Assembly: GCA_965603825.1 (NCBI GenBank)
Contig: CBFDEM010000047.1
Coordinates: 496,001 to 560,000, forward strand
From: Blepharisma stoltei ATCC 30299
Lineage: Eukaryota; Protista; Ciliophora
Length of the DNA stretch: 64,000 nt
Direction: 5' to 3'
Below, in pieces: positions 47,198-59,789 of this stretch. The notes beneath the pieces were generated by a model. It saw only the letters and a list, made by a program, of their open reading frames with translations, did no database searches and was not told where the DNA came from. A program made the position numbers and the translations under genes. Position 1 is the stretch's first letter, and each line of letters starts with the position of its first letter.

Positions 47198-47875
47198 ATG
47201 TCAAAAGTAATCCTTGAAAAAACCTTGCAAGCAGCAGTCCAATGCCCAGCTCTTCTTAATGAAATATCTATTTCATCATGTCAAGAAACTCATGTGCTGT
47301 CAATATTCCAAATCTTAGCAGCCCATAAAATTCCTCCTCCGGTAATTTACTATAATTTGTCCTATTCTTTGCTAGGAGCATCTCAAAAGTTTTCAATTTA
47401 TCGCGAAATCCTAAAAAAAGTTGACACAAGCTCGACATCATCTATGATAAAAAGTTTGATTACAAATTATTACAAATATAAGCCAAGTTCAATGCCGAAA
47501 TTGCATTTTTCAATTGACCAGCAGGTGAAGCTTATAAAATCGCTTTCTATTTTAAGTCTAGAGCCTAGCTATTCCTCTACAGCAAACAATTTGCTTTTTT
47601 ATTTTTCAGATCTGATAATAAGAAGCCCTAATTTTGTGACACCAAATCAAAGCATAGAGATTCTAAATTCCATTATGCAGCTTAAAACCACAGATCAGAG
47701 CCTTTATTGCCTTACAAATATGTGCAAAGTTAATCTAATTAACAACATCACATCAGTTTCAGAAGATCTTGGATTTTATAAAGAAGTAGATCTTGGACCT
47801 CACACTGAAAGAGATTTTTTATATAGTCTTATTATTGCAAAAAATTTAAGTAATACAAAGAATAATTTAAAATAA
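47198..47875 (+). CDS. Hypothetical helical protein, 225 aa
   Basis: Open ATG-TAA frame; start uncertain. Confidence 0.6.
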   Translation: MSKVILEKTLQAAVQCPALLNEISISSCQETHVLSIFQILAAHKIPPPVIYYNLSYSLLGASQKFSIYREILKKVDTSSTSSMIKSLITNYYKYKPSSMPKLHFSIDQQVKLIKSLSILSLEPSYSSTANNLLFYFSDLIIRSPNFVTPNQSIEILNSIMQLKTTDQSLYCLTNMCKVNLINNITSVSEDLGFYKEVDLGPHTERDFLYSLIIAKNLSNTKNNLK

Positions 47876-47876
47876 A

Positions 47877-49262
47877 TTAATTTTTACTAAAAAATTCATT
47901 TATGTTCTTTTTCAATTTAATGTGAATCTTTTTGGTAATTTGCTGGCCGCTCCTGCCTTTCTTTTTAAGGCTGTATCAATAATAGTTTATAATATTTGTA
48001 TAGAACGTGAAAAATAAATTACTTGGCTTCCCAGCGATAAGAATTTGGTAAAATTTTCAATTGTGTAAATATTCGACCACTATATTTTTAGTAGTAGCAG
48101 GCAATATTGCAAATATTTTTTTCTCATCTAACGACAATGTTTCAAATTTTCCATACACATCCATCCTTTTTTGTTTTAAAAATAAAAGTTCAAGCAGCAC
48201 TAATAGTAGGCCTTTAGTTGGATCATTTATCAGTGAATCACTCATGAAAGATTCTCTTCATTCGGTTAACGTCTGTGGAAAGCCAATCAATTCATGCGGT
48301 ATTTCTCTTAGTAAACTATTATAAATTTTGACTTGAATTTCATCAGATGGATCTAATTCTTTTTGGGAAAGCCAAATCAGAGTATTATAGCCCTCGCTTC
48401 TTATTTCTATCTCTGTTTTCTTACAAAAGCATAATCAAGTACTCTTGCATATCTTATATCTCTTCTCAGATCCAAGAGGCACACATTTTAGAAAGTTTGC
48501 TTTATAATCACAGACACTTTCTTCTTCAATTATTAAAGTAGCATTATTAGTCTCCAAAGATTTTTTCTCAGTGCTTTTATTTGTAAATGGTTGGCTAAAC
48601 ACAGGATTCTGCACATTTATTTCTGTTATATCAGTTATAGTGCTTGGAACATAATCTTCATCAACTATTTCTATATTTAATTCATCTCTAGACTCTGTAC
48701 TTTCAAATTTAGGAGGATGAGATCTTTGTATTTCACTCTCATCAAACCTCACATTGAAAGGCGCTGCACCGATATGAGGACCTCCTTCACTTACATGATG
48801 CCTTCCTGCCCCTAGATCTCCTGTACGTTCTCTTCCTTTATTTTGATGGATTGTTGAGCTTCGGCTTCTGGGCTTTATGCCAGTTTCAATGTTTAAGTTA
48901 GAATCTTGAGGAACTGCGGGCTCCTCAGTTGCCCGTTTTATGCTGAATTTTTTTCTATTACTTTCTTGGCCTGACTTAAGATCTCTACTTTTTTGATCAC
49001 GCTCTGATGATTCTATAAAGTCTAAAGAGACAGGATCTGAAATTTGTGCTGCATCAGAGTACCCTACAGTGTCGGAGCCTGATATTTTCAGTTCTTCAGA
49101 TCGATGAGTGCCTATATCTCTATCTGTATTAAATTTTTTATGAAGCTTTACATTAAAAGCTTTTTCTAATTGTTTTGGTTCTGGTAGTAGAGCTTTACTT
49201 TCATCATTCATACTGTCGGAAATCCTTATATTGCTTATAAGAGTTCTTGAAGGATTTTCCAT
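47877..49262 (-). CDS. Hypothetical protein, 461 aa: disordered N-half, C-half possibly a degenerate ELMO domain
   Basis: Track ORFs 48435-49262 and 48057-48245 are in one frame through four TGA to TAA 47877-47879; ELMO resemblance is weak. Confidence 0.7.
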
Positions 49263-49342
49263 TATTTTCTATTAATTTGAAGAATTAAGGCATCTGCTTT
49301 AAGACAACTTTTTCACATTAATTTAATTAATTATTCATGATA

Positions 49343-49915
49343 CTAAGAATCAGTTTTGCTTGTAGCTACAAAAGTTGAAACGCATGCACAGACCTTTAAA
49401 GTGCAGGAACATAATAATCTAAAAATGTTTGCCATAAAGTAAATAACGACTACAAGGGCAACAGAGTCTGTAAAATTCAAGTCTTGGTCACAGGAATTGT
49501 ATTCAATATAAATTACAACACAAACTATTCCTCATGCGAGCTGGAAGCATAAAATAAACCAAGTTACTATACAATATGATATAGCGCAGTAGGCAGATAA
49601 GGCATGTTTAATACAATTTGGAGGTTTCTTGACGAAAAACACAAAATTGAAGAATATGAGAGCATCTGCTGCCATTGTGATGAAGGAGCCTAACAAAAGC
49701 TGTGACATCATTTCTCCACAATAGCTGGATAATATGTAAGTTACCATGCATAAGGCGCTCAAGCAAAGCTTCAAGATTGAAAAGACCAAATCAAAGTAAA
49801 AACAAGGGATCACTTTTTGGTTTAAAAATTCTGATCCTGATCGCTGTATTAGAACTTCGTCATGGCCGCTGTCCATATTGAGATTATTTATAGCGGAATC
49901 GAGTAAATTTCTCAT
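49343..49915 (-). CDS. Four-TM membrane protein, 190 aa
   Basis: TGA 49532 read through to TAG 49343-49345; four hydrophobic Cys-rich segments. Confidence 0.75.
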
Positions 49916-50011
49916 TTTTACTCCAAGTATCTTGACGAATTCAAAAAAGTTATAGGCAATAATATAAATTCTTCAATAATACTATTTCTATCATTGATTT
50001 TCATATTAAAT

Positions 50012-51055
50012 ATGCTTAGACATCTTATTCGGCTTTCTTCTACTTGTTTTCCCCAAAAGCCTGGAGAGTCCTCAGTTCGCAAGCTAGCATTAATTCCTGG
50101 AGATGGAATAGGCCCAGAAATTTGCTCAGCAGCTACAGAAGTTTTATCGGCAATTCACGCTCCAATAGAATTTGAAACATTCCCTAGCCTCAATATCAAC
50201 GATGACAACTCAATTAAAAAAATAAAATCATACCCAGCTGCACTAAAAGGGACAATCAGTCACCAAGTAGGCGAAGGCGCAAGTAATCCAAATGTGCTTT
50301 TCAGGAAAAAATTAGAAGTCTATGCTAACGTCTGCCATGCTTTTTCACTTCAAGGTATCAAGACTAGGCACGATAATATAAATGTCATAGTTATCAGAGA
50401 AAACCTTGAAGGAGAATACAGTGGGCTTGAACATGAAGTTTATCCTGGCGTTGTAGAGTCTATTAAAGTTATAACATATGATGCCTCACTAAAAATTGCG
50501 AAATATGCATTTGAACTTGCATACATGAATAATCGCAAAAAAGTCACAGCAATTCATAAAGCGAATATTATGAAAAAGGCTGATGGAGAATTTCTAAAAG
50601 CAGTGAGACAGGTCGCGAAGGAATATCCGACTATTCAATACCAAGAGATGATTATAGATAATGCTTCAATGCAAATGACTTCAAATCCATGGCAGTTTGA
50701 CGTTGTGGTATTGCCAAATCTTTATGGGTCAATTATTAGTAACATTGTTTCTTTCCTGGTAGGAGGACCAGGGATAACTCCAGGTGTAAATATTGCTAAC
50801 GACTTCGCATTATTTGAGCCTGGGACCAGACATTTGGCGAAAGATATTGCAGGTAAAGGGATTGCTAACCCAACAGCAATTTTATTATCAAGTGCTATGA
50901 TGTTGAGACATTTAAATCTTCCTCATTTTGCAGAAAGACTTCAAGAAGGACTTTTCAAAACAATTCGCGAAGGAAATGTACTTACTAAGGATATTGGTGG
51001 TGTTGCAACTACATATGAGTTCACCAAAGAAATAATTAAAAACATCCAACAGTAA
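50012..51055 (+). CDS. Mitochondrial NAD-dependent isocitrate dehydrogenase, regulatory-type subunit, 347 aa
   Basis: IPGDGIGPEI, IRENLEGEYSGLEH, HKANIMK, ANPTA; NLYGSIISN lacks the two Asp of catalytic-subunit NLYGDILSD. Confidence 0.92.
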   Translation: MLRHLIRLSSTCFPQKPGESSVRKLALIPGDGIGPEICSAATEVLSAIHAPIEFETFPSLNINDDNSIKKIKSYPAALKGTISHQVGEGASNPNVLFRKKLEVYANVCHAFSLQGIKTRHDNINVIVIRENLEGEYSGLEHEVYPGVVESIKVITYDASLKIAKYAFELAYMNNRKKVTAIHKANIMKKADGEFLKAVRQVAKEYPTIQYQEMIIDNASMQMTSNPWQFDVVVLPNLYGSIISNIVSFLVGGPGITPGVNIANDFALFEPGTRHLAKDIAGKGIANPTAILLSSAMMLRHLNLPHFAERLQEGLFKTIREGNVLTKDIGGVATTYEFTKEIIKNIQQ

Positions 51056-51299
51056 ATTGGATTTTATGCTTATACGTGCCAAATATTTGGTTTAAATGCT
51101 AATATTAAATATATTCAATGATTAGAGAATAAAATCATTTGTCTATTTATAAAACTATTTTAGTGTCAGACAAAAATCTAAAAAAGAGAAAATCTGACCT
51201 AATTTTTCTATAACAAAGAAAACGTTAGTAACTTGATTAAATGCCTTAATAATAGTGCTTATGAACTAAAATTTTATCATATCTTAAACCAATCATAAG

Positions 51300-51540
51300 A
51301 AAAAAAATTCCCTCCAAATTCTTTTTTCATCGCATTTGCCTTCTCATTAATTTTTTTCTATCTGATATTGCTCCTTCTCTTATTATTTCTTCGTTTTATC
51401 CTTCCTCTTGTTCTTGTCTGTCATGCCTCACAATCATATTTAGAAATTCATCAAAAAATCTACCTCGCCATATTGAATTAGAAAATAAACAGATTTTCAA
51501 CTATCTTAATTCTTTTATCCAAAGCAGTGATTTTGCCTCT
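51300..51540 (-). pseudogene. Possible decayed calmodulin/centrin-like EF-hand relic
   Basis: Fragments RGKITA, GEVDF/frameshift/DEFLNMIVR and QEEG*NEEIIRE in calmodulin order. Confidence 0.3.
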
Positions 51541-51548
51541 AATAAAAT

Positions 51549-54473
51549 ATGGAACCCGGCAATTTGTCTGCTGACCCAAGCAGCTCAGAATCTGAGAGTT
51601 CAAATTCTCGAGAAGAAACAATCAATGAGCACCGCGAATTTGCTAAGAAACTTAAGACTGAGCAATCCAAGTTCAATAAAAACCATAAGACTCTGCAAGA
51701 GAAGCTCAATCATCTCCTTCAGCAAGCAGAACATTATGCAAGTTTTCTCTTTTATGGAGGCGCCACAAACAATAAAACACCAGTCAAAAGTCCTGTCAAA
51801 AAGCGTCTTAAACGAGGCAAAGACGAAGATGAACTTATCCACGAAATGAAGCATGAGCATCGATTTAACAGACTTACAGCTCAGCCTACAATAATGAAAA
51901 ATGGAGTCTTGAGAGACTATCAAATTGAAGGGGTTAACTGACTCTACAGCTTGTATCGTGCAGGAATCAATGGGATTTTGGCAGATGAAATGGGCTTAGG
52001 GAAGACAATTCAGTGCATTTCTTTTCTTGCGTATTTGAGGGAGCAGGAAGGAATTATAGGCCCACATTTAATTGTGGTACCGAAGTCAACACTGGGCAAT
52101 TGGATTAAAGAATTCGAAAAATGGTGCCCAATTATCAGAACAGTTAAATTGGTGGCTGCTAAACCATATAGAGAAGAAATTCTTAAGAATGAGTTAATTC
52201 CAGGAAAGTTTGATGTTTGTGTCACATCTTATGAAGGAATCACCATTTGTCAGAATTATCTTAAAAAATATAAATGGAGATTCCTTATCATCGATGAAGC
52301 TCACAAAATTAAAAATGACGAGTCCAACTTATCACAACTAATTAGACGTCTGCATAGTGATAATAGACTCTTAATTACAGGAACTCCATTGCAAAACAAT
52401 TTACACGAATTATGAAGTCTATTAAATTTTTTGCTTCCGGACTTGTTTAGTTCTGCTTCAGATTTTGATGAATGATTCAGATTGGGAGCTGAAGAAGGTC
52501 TCACTGAAGAGGAAATCGAAGATAAAAACGTAAAAATGGTCCAGCAGCTTCACAAAATTCTAAAGCCTTTTATTTTGAGAAGGACTAAACTTGAAGTAGA
52601 AAAAGGAATTCCACCTAAAAGAGAGATTCTTGTAACAATTGGCATGACAGCGATGCAAAGAGATTTATATAAAAAAATCCTAACAAATGAACTATGTAAA
52701 CTCGACAATAAAAGCCACTACTTAAACATAGTAATGCAACTTAGAAAAGTATGCAATCACCCTTTCTTATTCCCTGCAATGGACGACGAAAATGCTGCTG
52801 AAGAAAATGTGATTTTGACATCCGGGAAAATGAAACTGCTTGACAAGCTCTTGCCGAAGCTCAAAGAAGGCGGATCGCAAGTCTTGATTTTTTCACAAAT
52901 GACTACTATGATGGACATTTTAGAAGACTATTGTGTCTTTAGAGAGTTTAAGTTCTGCAGATTAGACGGAACAACAGATATTTATGAGAGAGAAAAAATG
53001 ATAGCAAAATTCAATAAGCCTAACTCAAAATACTTCATATTTTTATTGTCCACAAGGGCTGGTGGGCTTGGAATTAACCTAGCATGTGCTGATACTGTGA
53101 TTATTTACGACTCTGATTGGAATCCTCAGATGGATTTGCAAGCTATGGATCGTGCTCATAGAATAGGGCAAACCAAGCAGGTTAATGTATATAGATTGGT
53201 GACAAAGGATACATTAGAAGAAAGAATTATAGAAAGACAGTGCTTAAGGCTGAAGCTTGACTCTCTAATTATTCAGCAAGGCAGATTAGCACCTAGACAC
53301 AAGCCTTTAGATAAAGAAGAGCTGCAAGAAATGCTTCACTATGGAGCTGATGAAATTTTCAACACTATTGAAGATAATTCAGACATTACTGAGGAAGAAC
53401 TTGCCCTTATTTTACAAAGAGGTGAGCAAAAAGTCCAAAGGATTGAGCAAGAACTTGACAATCAGCTTGAGAAGAAAAAAATGAATTTAATCGATTTTGA
53501 AAGCAAAATTGATATGTGGAATTTTGAAAGCGTTGACTATTCTAAAAAGAGAAGAGAAGACTCACGAGAAATTTTACAAAAAGCAATCCATGATAAGATC
53601 TTAGAAGAGTTCAAAGAAAGAAGAGAAAGAAAACTTCAGCAAAACTACAACACAGACTCCAAATTTAACTTTCAAAACTCTGGGTCTTCTAAGCCTAAAG
53701 AATTCAAGCCTGCCCCTGATTTCAGGTTTTTCGATAATAGACCTAGGCTAGTAGAGCTCCAGAAAAAAGAATTCAATAAAGAAATAACTGAAGAAGAAAA
53801 GGCAGAACTTGAACAAATGCTAATGACAGGGTTTGACTGGAATCGAAAAGAATACAACGCATTTTTAAAAGGCTGCGAACTCTATGGCAAAGATGAATAT
53901 CAGCTGATTTCTGAAGTCATGGGAACTAAGACTCCAGAGCAAGTGAAAACCTATGCAGAAGTGTTTTGGAGCAGACTTGATGAGCTAGCCGACAAAGAAA
54001 GGATCTTGAAATCTTTTGAAAAACGAGAAAGTCTTGTAGAAAAACACAAGTTGTCCCAAAAATTGATTGACCAGAAATTTTTGCAATATAAGAATCCATG
54101 GAGAGAGCTGACGTTTGAGTCGAACACTTCTCATAAGTCTAGGATTTTCACACATGATAATGATAGATTGCTGGTGTGTATGGCTAAAACAGTTGGGTAT
54201 GGTAACTGGGAAGCATTGAAAATAAAAATTAGAAAAAGTCCATTATTGAGGTTTGACTATATGCTTAGGTCTAGAACTGCTGGAGAACTACAAAGGAGAA
54301 TTGATAGCTTGATCAGAATATTAGAAAAAGAAGGGGAAGATAGACCTAAACCAGAAGGAAATTCAGGAAAAAGAAAAAGAGAAGCAGCAGCCACAAACGC
54401 AGAACCTGAGCCAAGAAAGGCACTCAAGGTGATTGATAATTCTGCAATTACAAGCTTGCTTAATAGCGTTTAA
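51549..54473 (+). CDS. ISWI: ISWI chromatin-remodelling ATPase (SNF2 helicase plus SANT/SLIDE), 974 aa
   Basis: YQIEGVN-W(TGA), ILADEMGLGKT, DEAH, TGTPLQNNLHEL-W(TGA), DFDE-W(TGA)-F, STRAGGLGINL, QAMDRAHRIGQ, SLIDE FDYMLRSRTAGELQRR. Confidence 0.95.
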
Positions 54474-54533
54474 ATAAATATTATAATGAAAACTGGCTAT
54501 AATGAACAATTTCATTAGTTAGTAATGTACCCC

Positions 54534-55793
54534 TTAACTAAGCTTCTGTACTCCAAAGAAAGTTACAATAACAGTAATATCATCGACAGACTTATTGTAA
54601 GCCTGCTTCCACCTTCTTGTTGCTTCATTTATTAGGCTGTCACAACATGTGTCTTTTTTATTTTTTTCTAACGCATTCGCTACCAATTTTACTGCTTCTT
54701 CACTAGAAATCACATCCCAAATCCCATCTGAAGCAACAATAAGGAATTTATCATTTTCTCTTAAATGGCGCTGCGAAAACTCAGGCTCAGAGCTCACTCC
54801 AAACTCATGGGCAATTGTGTCACCAATCGAGCGAGACATCGCTAAGCCGTGGTTATTTATTGTTTGTCAGACTCTTAATGGGCCAATATCTTTTCCGAAT
54901 GAGCTTCGTGCATGATCAACGATTCCATTGGACTTGATAATTCGATTTTTTTCATCTTCTTCTGTAGGCTTATGGTCTCTAGATAAATCTTTGAAAGTCC
55001 ACTGGCCATTAAAGCTGCCTAAAACAGCTCTGGAATCTCCAATGTTAGCACAAACTAATTTGTCACCGTTAACTAATACAACATTCAAGGTGCTTCCTGA
55101 ATTTTCAGTTGGAAGTTTGCTTTCTGCAATTTGGTCAGTCAATTTTTTGATAGACTTGCTTAATGAATCTTCTAAGTCATTAAGTGAAAATTTGGTATGC
55201 CTTAGTTTGGATTCGACCAAGCCAGGAAAGATTTCTTTGATTTGGAGAGAAATCTCGTGGCCCGAAGGGCCATGCCCATCGCAAACTGTGAAAAGATAAA
55301 ATTCATTTACTTGGTGAAATAATGGTTTAGCGATACATGTATCTTGATTGAATTTTTTATAAATCCCACCGGTTTCACCAATTCTGGATTTAGAACTATA
55401 TGAAACTACGCATGGTTTTTTGGTTCTTGTTATCGCTGGGTGCTGAAGCCCAATAAAGTTTTGGGTTTTTGACCTAAAAAGTCGATGCTCATCTGTGTTT
55501 GAGTCTGAATTTTGTGGCGTCAAAAAAATATCATCATTAAGTAGGCTAAATCTTGGGATGCAAGTACGTTGCTTTTTAAGCCTTAGGCGATTTTTGCTGG
55601 TCTCAGCCAAGCTTGATCTTGACGAAATTACAAATGGCAGAGAAGTTTTTGGTGTTGTTTCAAGGGTATTTGATTCTGACGTCACCTCGCTAGTGATCAA
55701 AAACTGGACAGGATCTTTAAAAACTGTCCTGGTAGATGTACAAGGGATCTGTAAAGAGTCCATTCTTAACATAGATCTTTGCCTGTTGAGCAT
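54534..55793 (-). CDS. PP2C-family protein phosphatase, 419 aa
   Basis: NQD, VCDGHG, SGST, ANIGDSRAV, DHKP, GPLRV-W(TGA 54867), GLAMSRSIGD, ASDGIWD, DDIT. Confidence 0.93.
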
Positions 55794-56485
55794 AATTTTA
55801 TTATCTCATAACTAAAAATAGATTTTTCACTGATCATAAATGAAAGTTCTTGGAAAATGACCATACCAATTATAAATGGTGATATGCATTGAAAAATAAG
55901 CTTAAAATCTAAAGAATTTTGTAAGAAAATCATGAAAACCAAAATGTAGAGAATATTATTTGATTATAAGTTATTCTTTTAGATAATAAAATGATATTTC
56001 AAATTTATTTTTGGTTATTTTTTAACAAATGCAAAAGCCATATCTGGAAGCATTTATACATATGATAAATATATTCAAAAAGCAATCGTCAAGAAATTAA
56101 GAAACTTTAAAAATCAGTAGGTAGAGAGCATTCTTGAATATTATTTTTGATTTTTGTTGAATTTTTAAAGAAATATCACAACCCTATATTTGCATAATTT
56201 TTCAATTTAGAAGATTAATTTGCTGTTATGCATAGGCTATTGAAATTGATGCTTTTAAGTATATTTGATCAATACTTGTTTTTAATAAAGATTGCATTTT
56301 ATTTAAGAATTTATTTTCTTGTCTTCCAATTTTTATTAAATTTCACACCTAGCAATCAACGTATAAAATATCAGAAAGTTATCAACTGAGAAAAATGCGT
56401 TATTTTCATAGAAAAAGCTTGAATTTTGCCTAAACAATTTAATTAAAGTAATAGTAAAAATAAGTTATTTTGCTGGAATATTATA

Positions 56486-57211
56486 ATGAAATCTAAACCA
56501 ATAACACGTGAAAAATTAATGAAGATTCCATCAAGAGTAAGTTCTCAGAGAGACTTAGCGATATTCGAAAAATCAGGCCAATCAAATTATATAAGTCAAC
56601 TGAAAAGAATCATATCGGTTAAAACATTTTTAAATGAATCACGTGGTGTAGCAGAATCCAAAGTAAACGAATCATGATCTCATATACTATCTTCTCATCT
56701 AAATTCTAGCAAATCGATACATCAGAAAAAGGTAAGAAATAAAGCAATCAAGTTTAAACGAAAGGCCGCTATAAATAAAAAATCAAATCCAATAGAAAGA
56801 AGCGTTAGAATTATGGGCAGCTCTGTGGCCAGATATTCTAAACAAAATTCACCTAGAATTGCTCAAAGACCTGTGCACCGGTCTTATAATTCTTGTGATT
56901 TTTCTTGTCAAAGGAAATTATCATCTGATTTAGAAGCACCAATTTCGAGAAAATCGTCTATTCACAGGCAGTCGATTTCGCGGATAAATAATTTAATGGA
57001 GCATGATAAAACTCGAGTTGGGGTGATTTTATTCCGGCCCCCATCACTTATTAGATCTTCGTCCCTGAAAAGTTCAAATATTAAAAGAAGCACACTTTCA
57101 GGAGGATTTAAGAAAGCCAGTAGAAGAAAGATTAATTTATCAGCTGATTTCATTCCTTTTGCTGAACTAGCGAATCATCGGGCATTAAATTTTGACAAGC
57201 ATGTAAAATAA
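56486..57211 (+). CDS. Hypothetical basic Ser/Arg-rich protein, 241 aa
   Basis: Two track ORFs in one frame through TGA 56675. Confidence 0.65.
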
Positions 57212-57395
57212 AGAAAGAAATTAATATCATATGCATTTATATAAATTAACATTGGGTCTAGAAGAATATTTCTTATTTTTCTAAGGCTAGAGAAACTGTC
57301 AAAGATATAAGCAATTTTTACTTAATTCAAAGATCTATGCCCAATATTTAGCTTAGTTTTACAGATATTTAGGTGATAGCTATTCAGTAATATAA

Positions 57396-59414
57396 ATGGA
57401 AGGGAGAGTAAAAGAAATTTCAAAACTTCTTGAATCTGCTATGAGGCTATCTTGCATCATCAAAAAAGGTATCTTATTTAACAAAACGTCAGCGCTAGTT
57501 AAGTTCTCCACCGAAGAACCATATCAGAGTCAAGGCCGAGATTTCTTTAAGCTATACGGCTTCAACTCACTTCTTCCTTTAACCCAAGCTAACTCTGAAT
57601 ATTATTCTCCTTCAAGGCATCATAAAATCTTAATCAGAGGCGAAAAAGAAGAAGAGCAATATATAGAAGTTTGGGATCAGCATAGATTAAGACTTGTAAA
57701 AGAACTTAAAAAAGTTCATTCAACTATTATAGAGAACCCTGTTTTCGGAGAAATTTCTTGGAGCAGTGATGAGAGATATATTGCTTACATCGCCGAAGCT
57801 TCAAAGAAAAAATCTGGGTCATTTTGGAGTGGTGAAGAAGATGTCGGCAATACAAATCTCTATAAAGAAAATTTCGGAGAAGGGCTTGCTAATGTTACTA
57901 ATCCTAGGTTATATGTTTTTGACATAAAAGAAAATTCAGTTTCAGAAATTCCTTTACCAGCTGACATATATCCAGCACAATCAAGGTTCAGACCTAATTC
58001 GTATGATTTAGTTATTGTTGGATTAAAAAAGACTCCATACAAAGTAGGAATGGCTGCAATGCTTAACAGAGAATCCAATCTATATCAAATTAATCTCGAT
58101 ACTAAAGAAGTTATTAAAATTGATACCCAAGATACATTGCAAGGAATTGTTTTTCCTAGATTTAATCCAAGTGGCACTTTACTAGCATATTATGGAGTTC
58201 CAAAAGGAAAAAGAGCCCATATGATGTGCTTATCAATTAATTTGCTTGACTGGGAAAATAAAGCTCCTCGCTGCCTTGTTGATGTTGTTGAAGACTATAA
58301 TGATCATTTTAATGGAATTTATGGATTTCACGATTCACTTTCAACATTAAACTGGCTTAATGATGAAAAATTAATATTTGAGACACATCATAAAGGAAGC
58401 GATTGCATATTTACAGCTGATTTAAATGGAAATGTCAGTGAATTTACTTATGATCTTCTAAAGCCATATCATTTATCCTTACTCGATGTGCAGCAAGACA
58501 CTGCTTTAATTAGAGCTGCAAATGGCTTAAATTTCCATAGAATTCTTATCGCTAATCATACTAATGGTATATGGTCCAACACTTTGATTGATAATCTAAC
58601 CCCAACACCTACAACTCCTGAAGAAGAAAAAATAATAGACGCTTTAAATAGCGCGACTATGACTACAATTAAACATCAAAATACAGAAATGTCAAGCTTT
58701 TTATATCATACTTCTCCAGGCAACCCCTTATATATAATGCCGCATGGTGGTCCACATTCTTCAGCGTTTATAGATTTTACATGGTCTTTAGGTGTAAGAT
58801 TGGCACTGGGCTATAATGTTTTGATGCCTAATTATAGGGGAAGCACTGGGTATGGCAGTAAAAATTTAGAAGCTTTACTAAAAAATGTTGGAACTATGGA
58901 TGTTGAAGACTGCTTGGAGTCTTTAGAGCTTGCCAAACATTATGTGGATACAAACTATGTGATATCATATGGTGGAAGCCATGGAGGATTTTTAAGTGCA
59001 CACTTAGCATCAACTGGAGTGCCCAAACTAAGTATTGTCGTAAATGGTGTTACTGATATTTCTTCAATGAGTTTAGTGACTGATATAACAGATTGGTGTT
59101 ATGCTGAAGTATTTAACGAAGATCCAGTTTTCCCTCCAACTGAGGCTCACATTGCAGGGATGTATAGAGCTTCACCTGTAGCTAGGTCTGGAAATATTAG
59201 CATACCAGTTCTAATTGTGACAGGAGGCTCTGATAAACGTGTTCCACCTCATTCCTCAATGCAACTCTATAGAATCTTAAAAGGTAGAGGAGTTGACGTA
59301 AAGTTACTTTGGTATGATAATGATGGACATAGTCTCTTAAGCAAATCGACAGCTTACGACTTTATAGCTAACCAGTTTGTTTGGGTTGAAGAAAAGATAA
59401 AAGGATCAGCATAA
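57396..59414 (+). CDS. APEH: Acylamino-acid-releasing enzyme (peptidase S9C), copy 1
   Basis: Propeller plus alpha/beta hydrolase; HGGPH, NYRGSTGYG, GGSHGG nucleophile, DKRVP, DGH. Confidence 0.92.
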   Translation: MEGRVKEISKLLESAMRLSCIIKKGILFNKTSALVKFSTEEPYQSQGRDFFKLYGFNSLLPLTQANSEYYSPSRHHKILIRGEKEEEQYIEVWDQHRLRLVKELKKVHSTIIENPVFGEISWSSDERYIAYIAEASKKKSGSFWSGEEDVGNTNLYKENFGEGLANVTNPRLYVFDIKENSVSEIPLPADIYPAQSRFRPNSYDLVIVGLKKTPYKVGMAAMLNRESNLYQINLDTKEVIKIDTQDTLQGIVFPRFNPSGTLLAYYGVPKGKRAHMMCLSINLLDWENKAPRCLVDVVEDYNDHFNGIYGFHDSLSTLNWLNDEKLIFETHHKGSDCIFTADLNGNVSEFTYDLLKPYHLSLLDVQQDTALIRAANGLNFHRILIANHTNGIWSNTLIDNLTPTPTTPEEEKIIDALNSATMTTIKHQNTEMSSFLYHTSPGNPLYIMPHGGPHSSAFIDFTWSLGVRLALGYNVLMPNYRGSTGYGSKNLEALLKNVGTMDVEDCLESLELAKHYVDTNYVISYGGSHGGFLSAHLASTGVPKLSIVVNGVTDISSMSLVTDITDWCYAEVFNEDPVFPPTEAHIAGMYRASPVARSGNISIPVLIVTGGSDKRVPPHSSMQLYRILKGRGVDVKLLWYDNDGHSLLSKSTAYDFIANQFVWVEEKIKGSA

Positions 59415-59789
59415 TAAAAACTAATAATTCTTTAAAAATGGTTTTTGAACCAACATATCATAAAAATTTATTGAGCTATCAAATCTCCTATTCTACATCC
59501 TTACTAAATGATATTCATCCAAAATTAGGTATGGTTAAATATGAAAAAATATCCTTATCAATCATAAGGCAGAGATTGTATAAAATTTATAATACTAGCC
59601 CAATTTCTCTTAGCCATCCAAAATCGAAATAAAATTTTCCTTTTCGGGAGTATAAGGAGTTTTAATCATAAGAAAGAGAAATGAGGTTTGTATCACGTCC
59701 CGATCAATAAGAGAATATACTAAAGAGATCTAAAGATGCAAATCTATTATGTCAAATATCTAAAATGATAAAATTATTCAATAATATAA

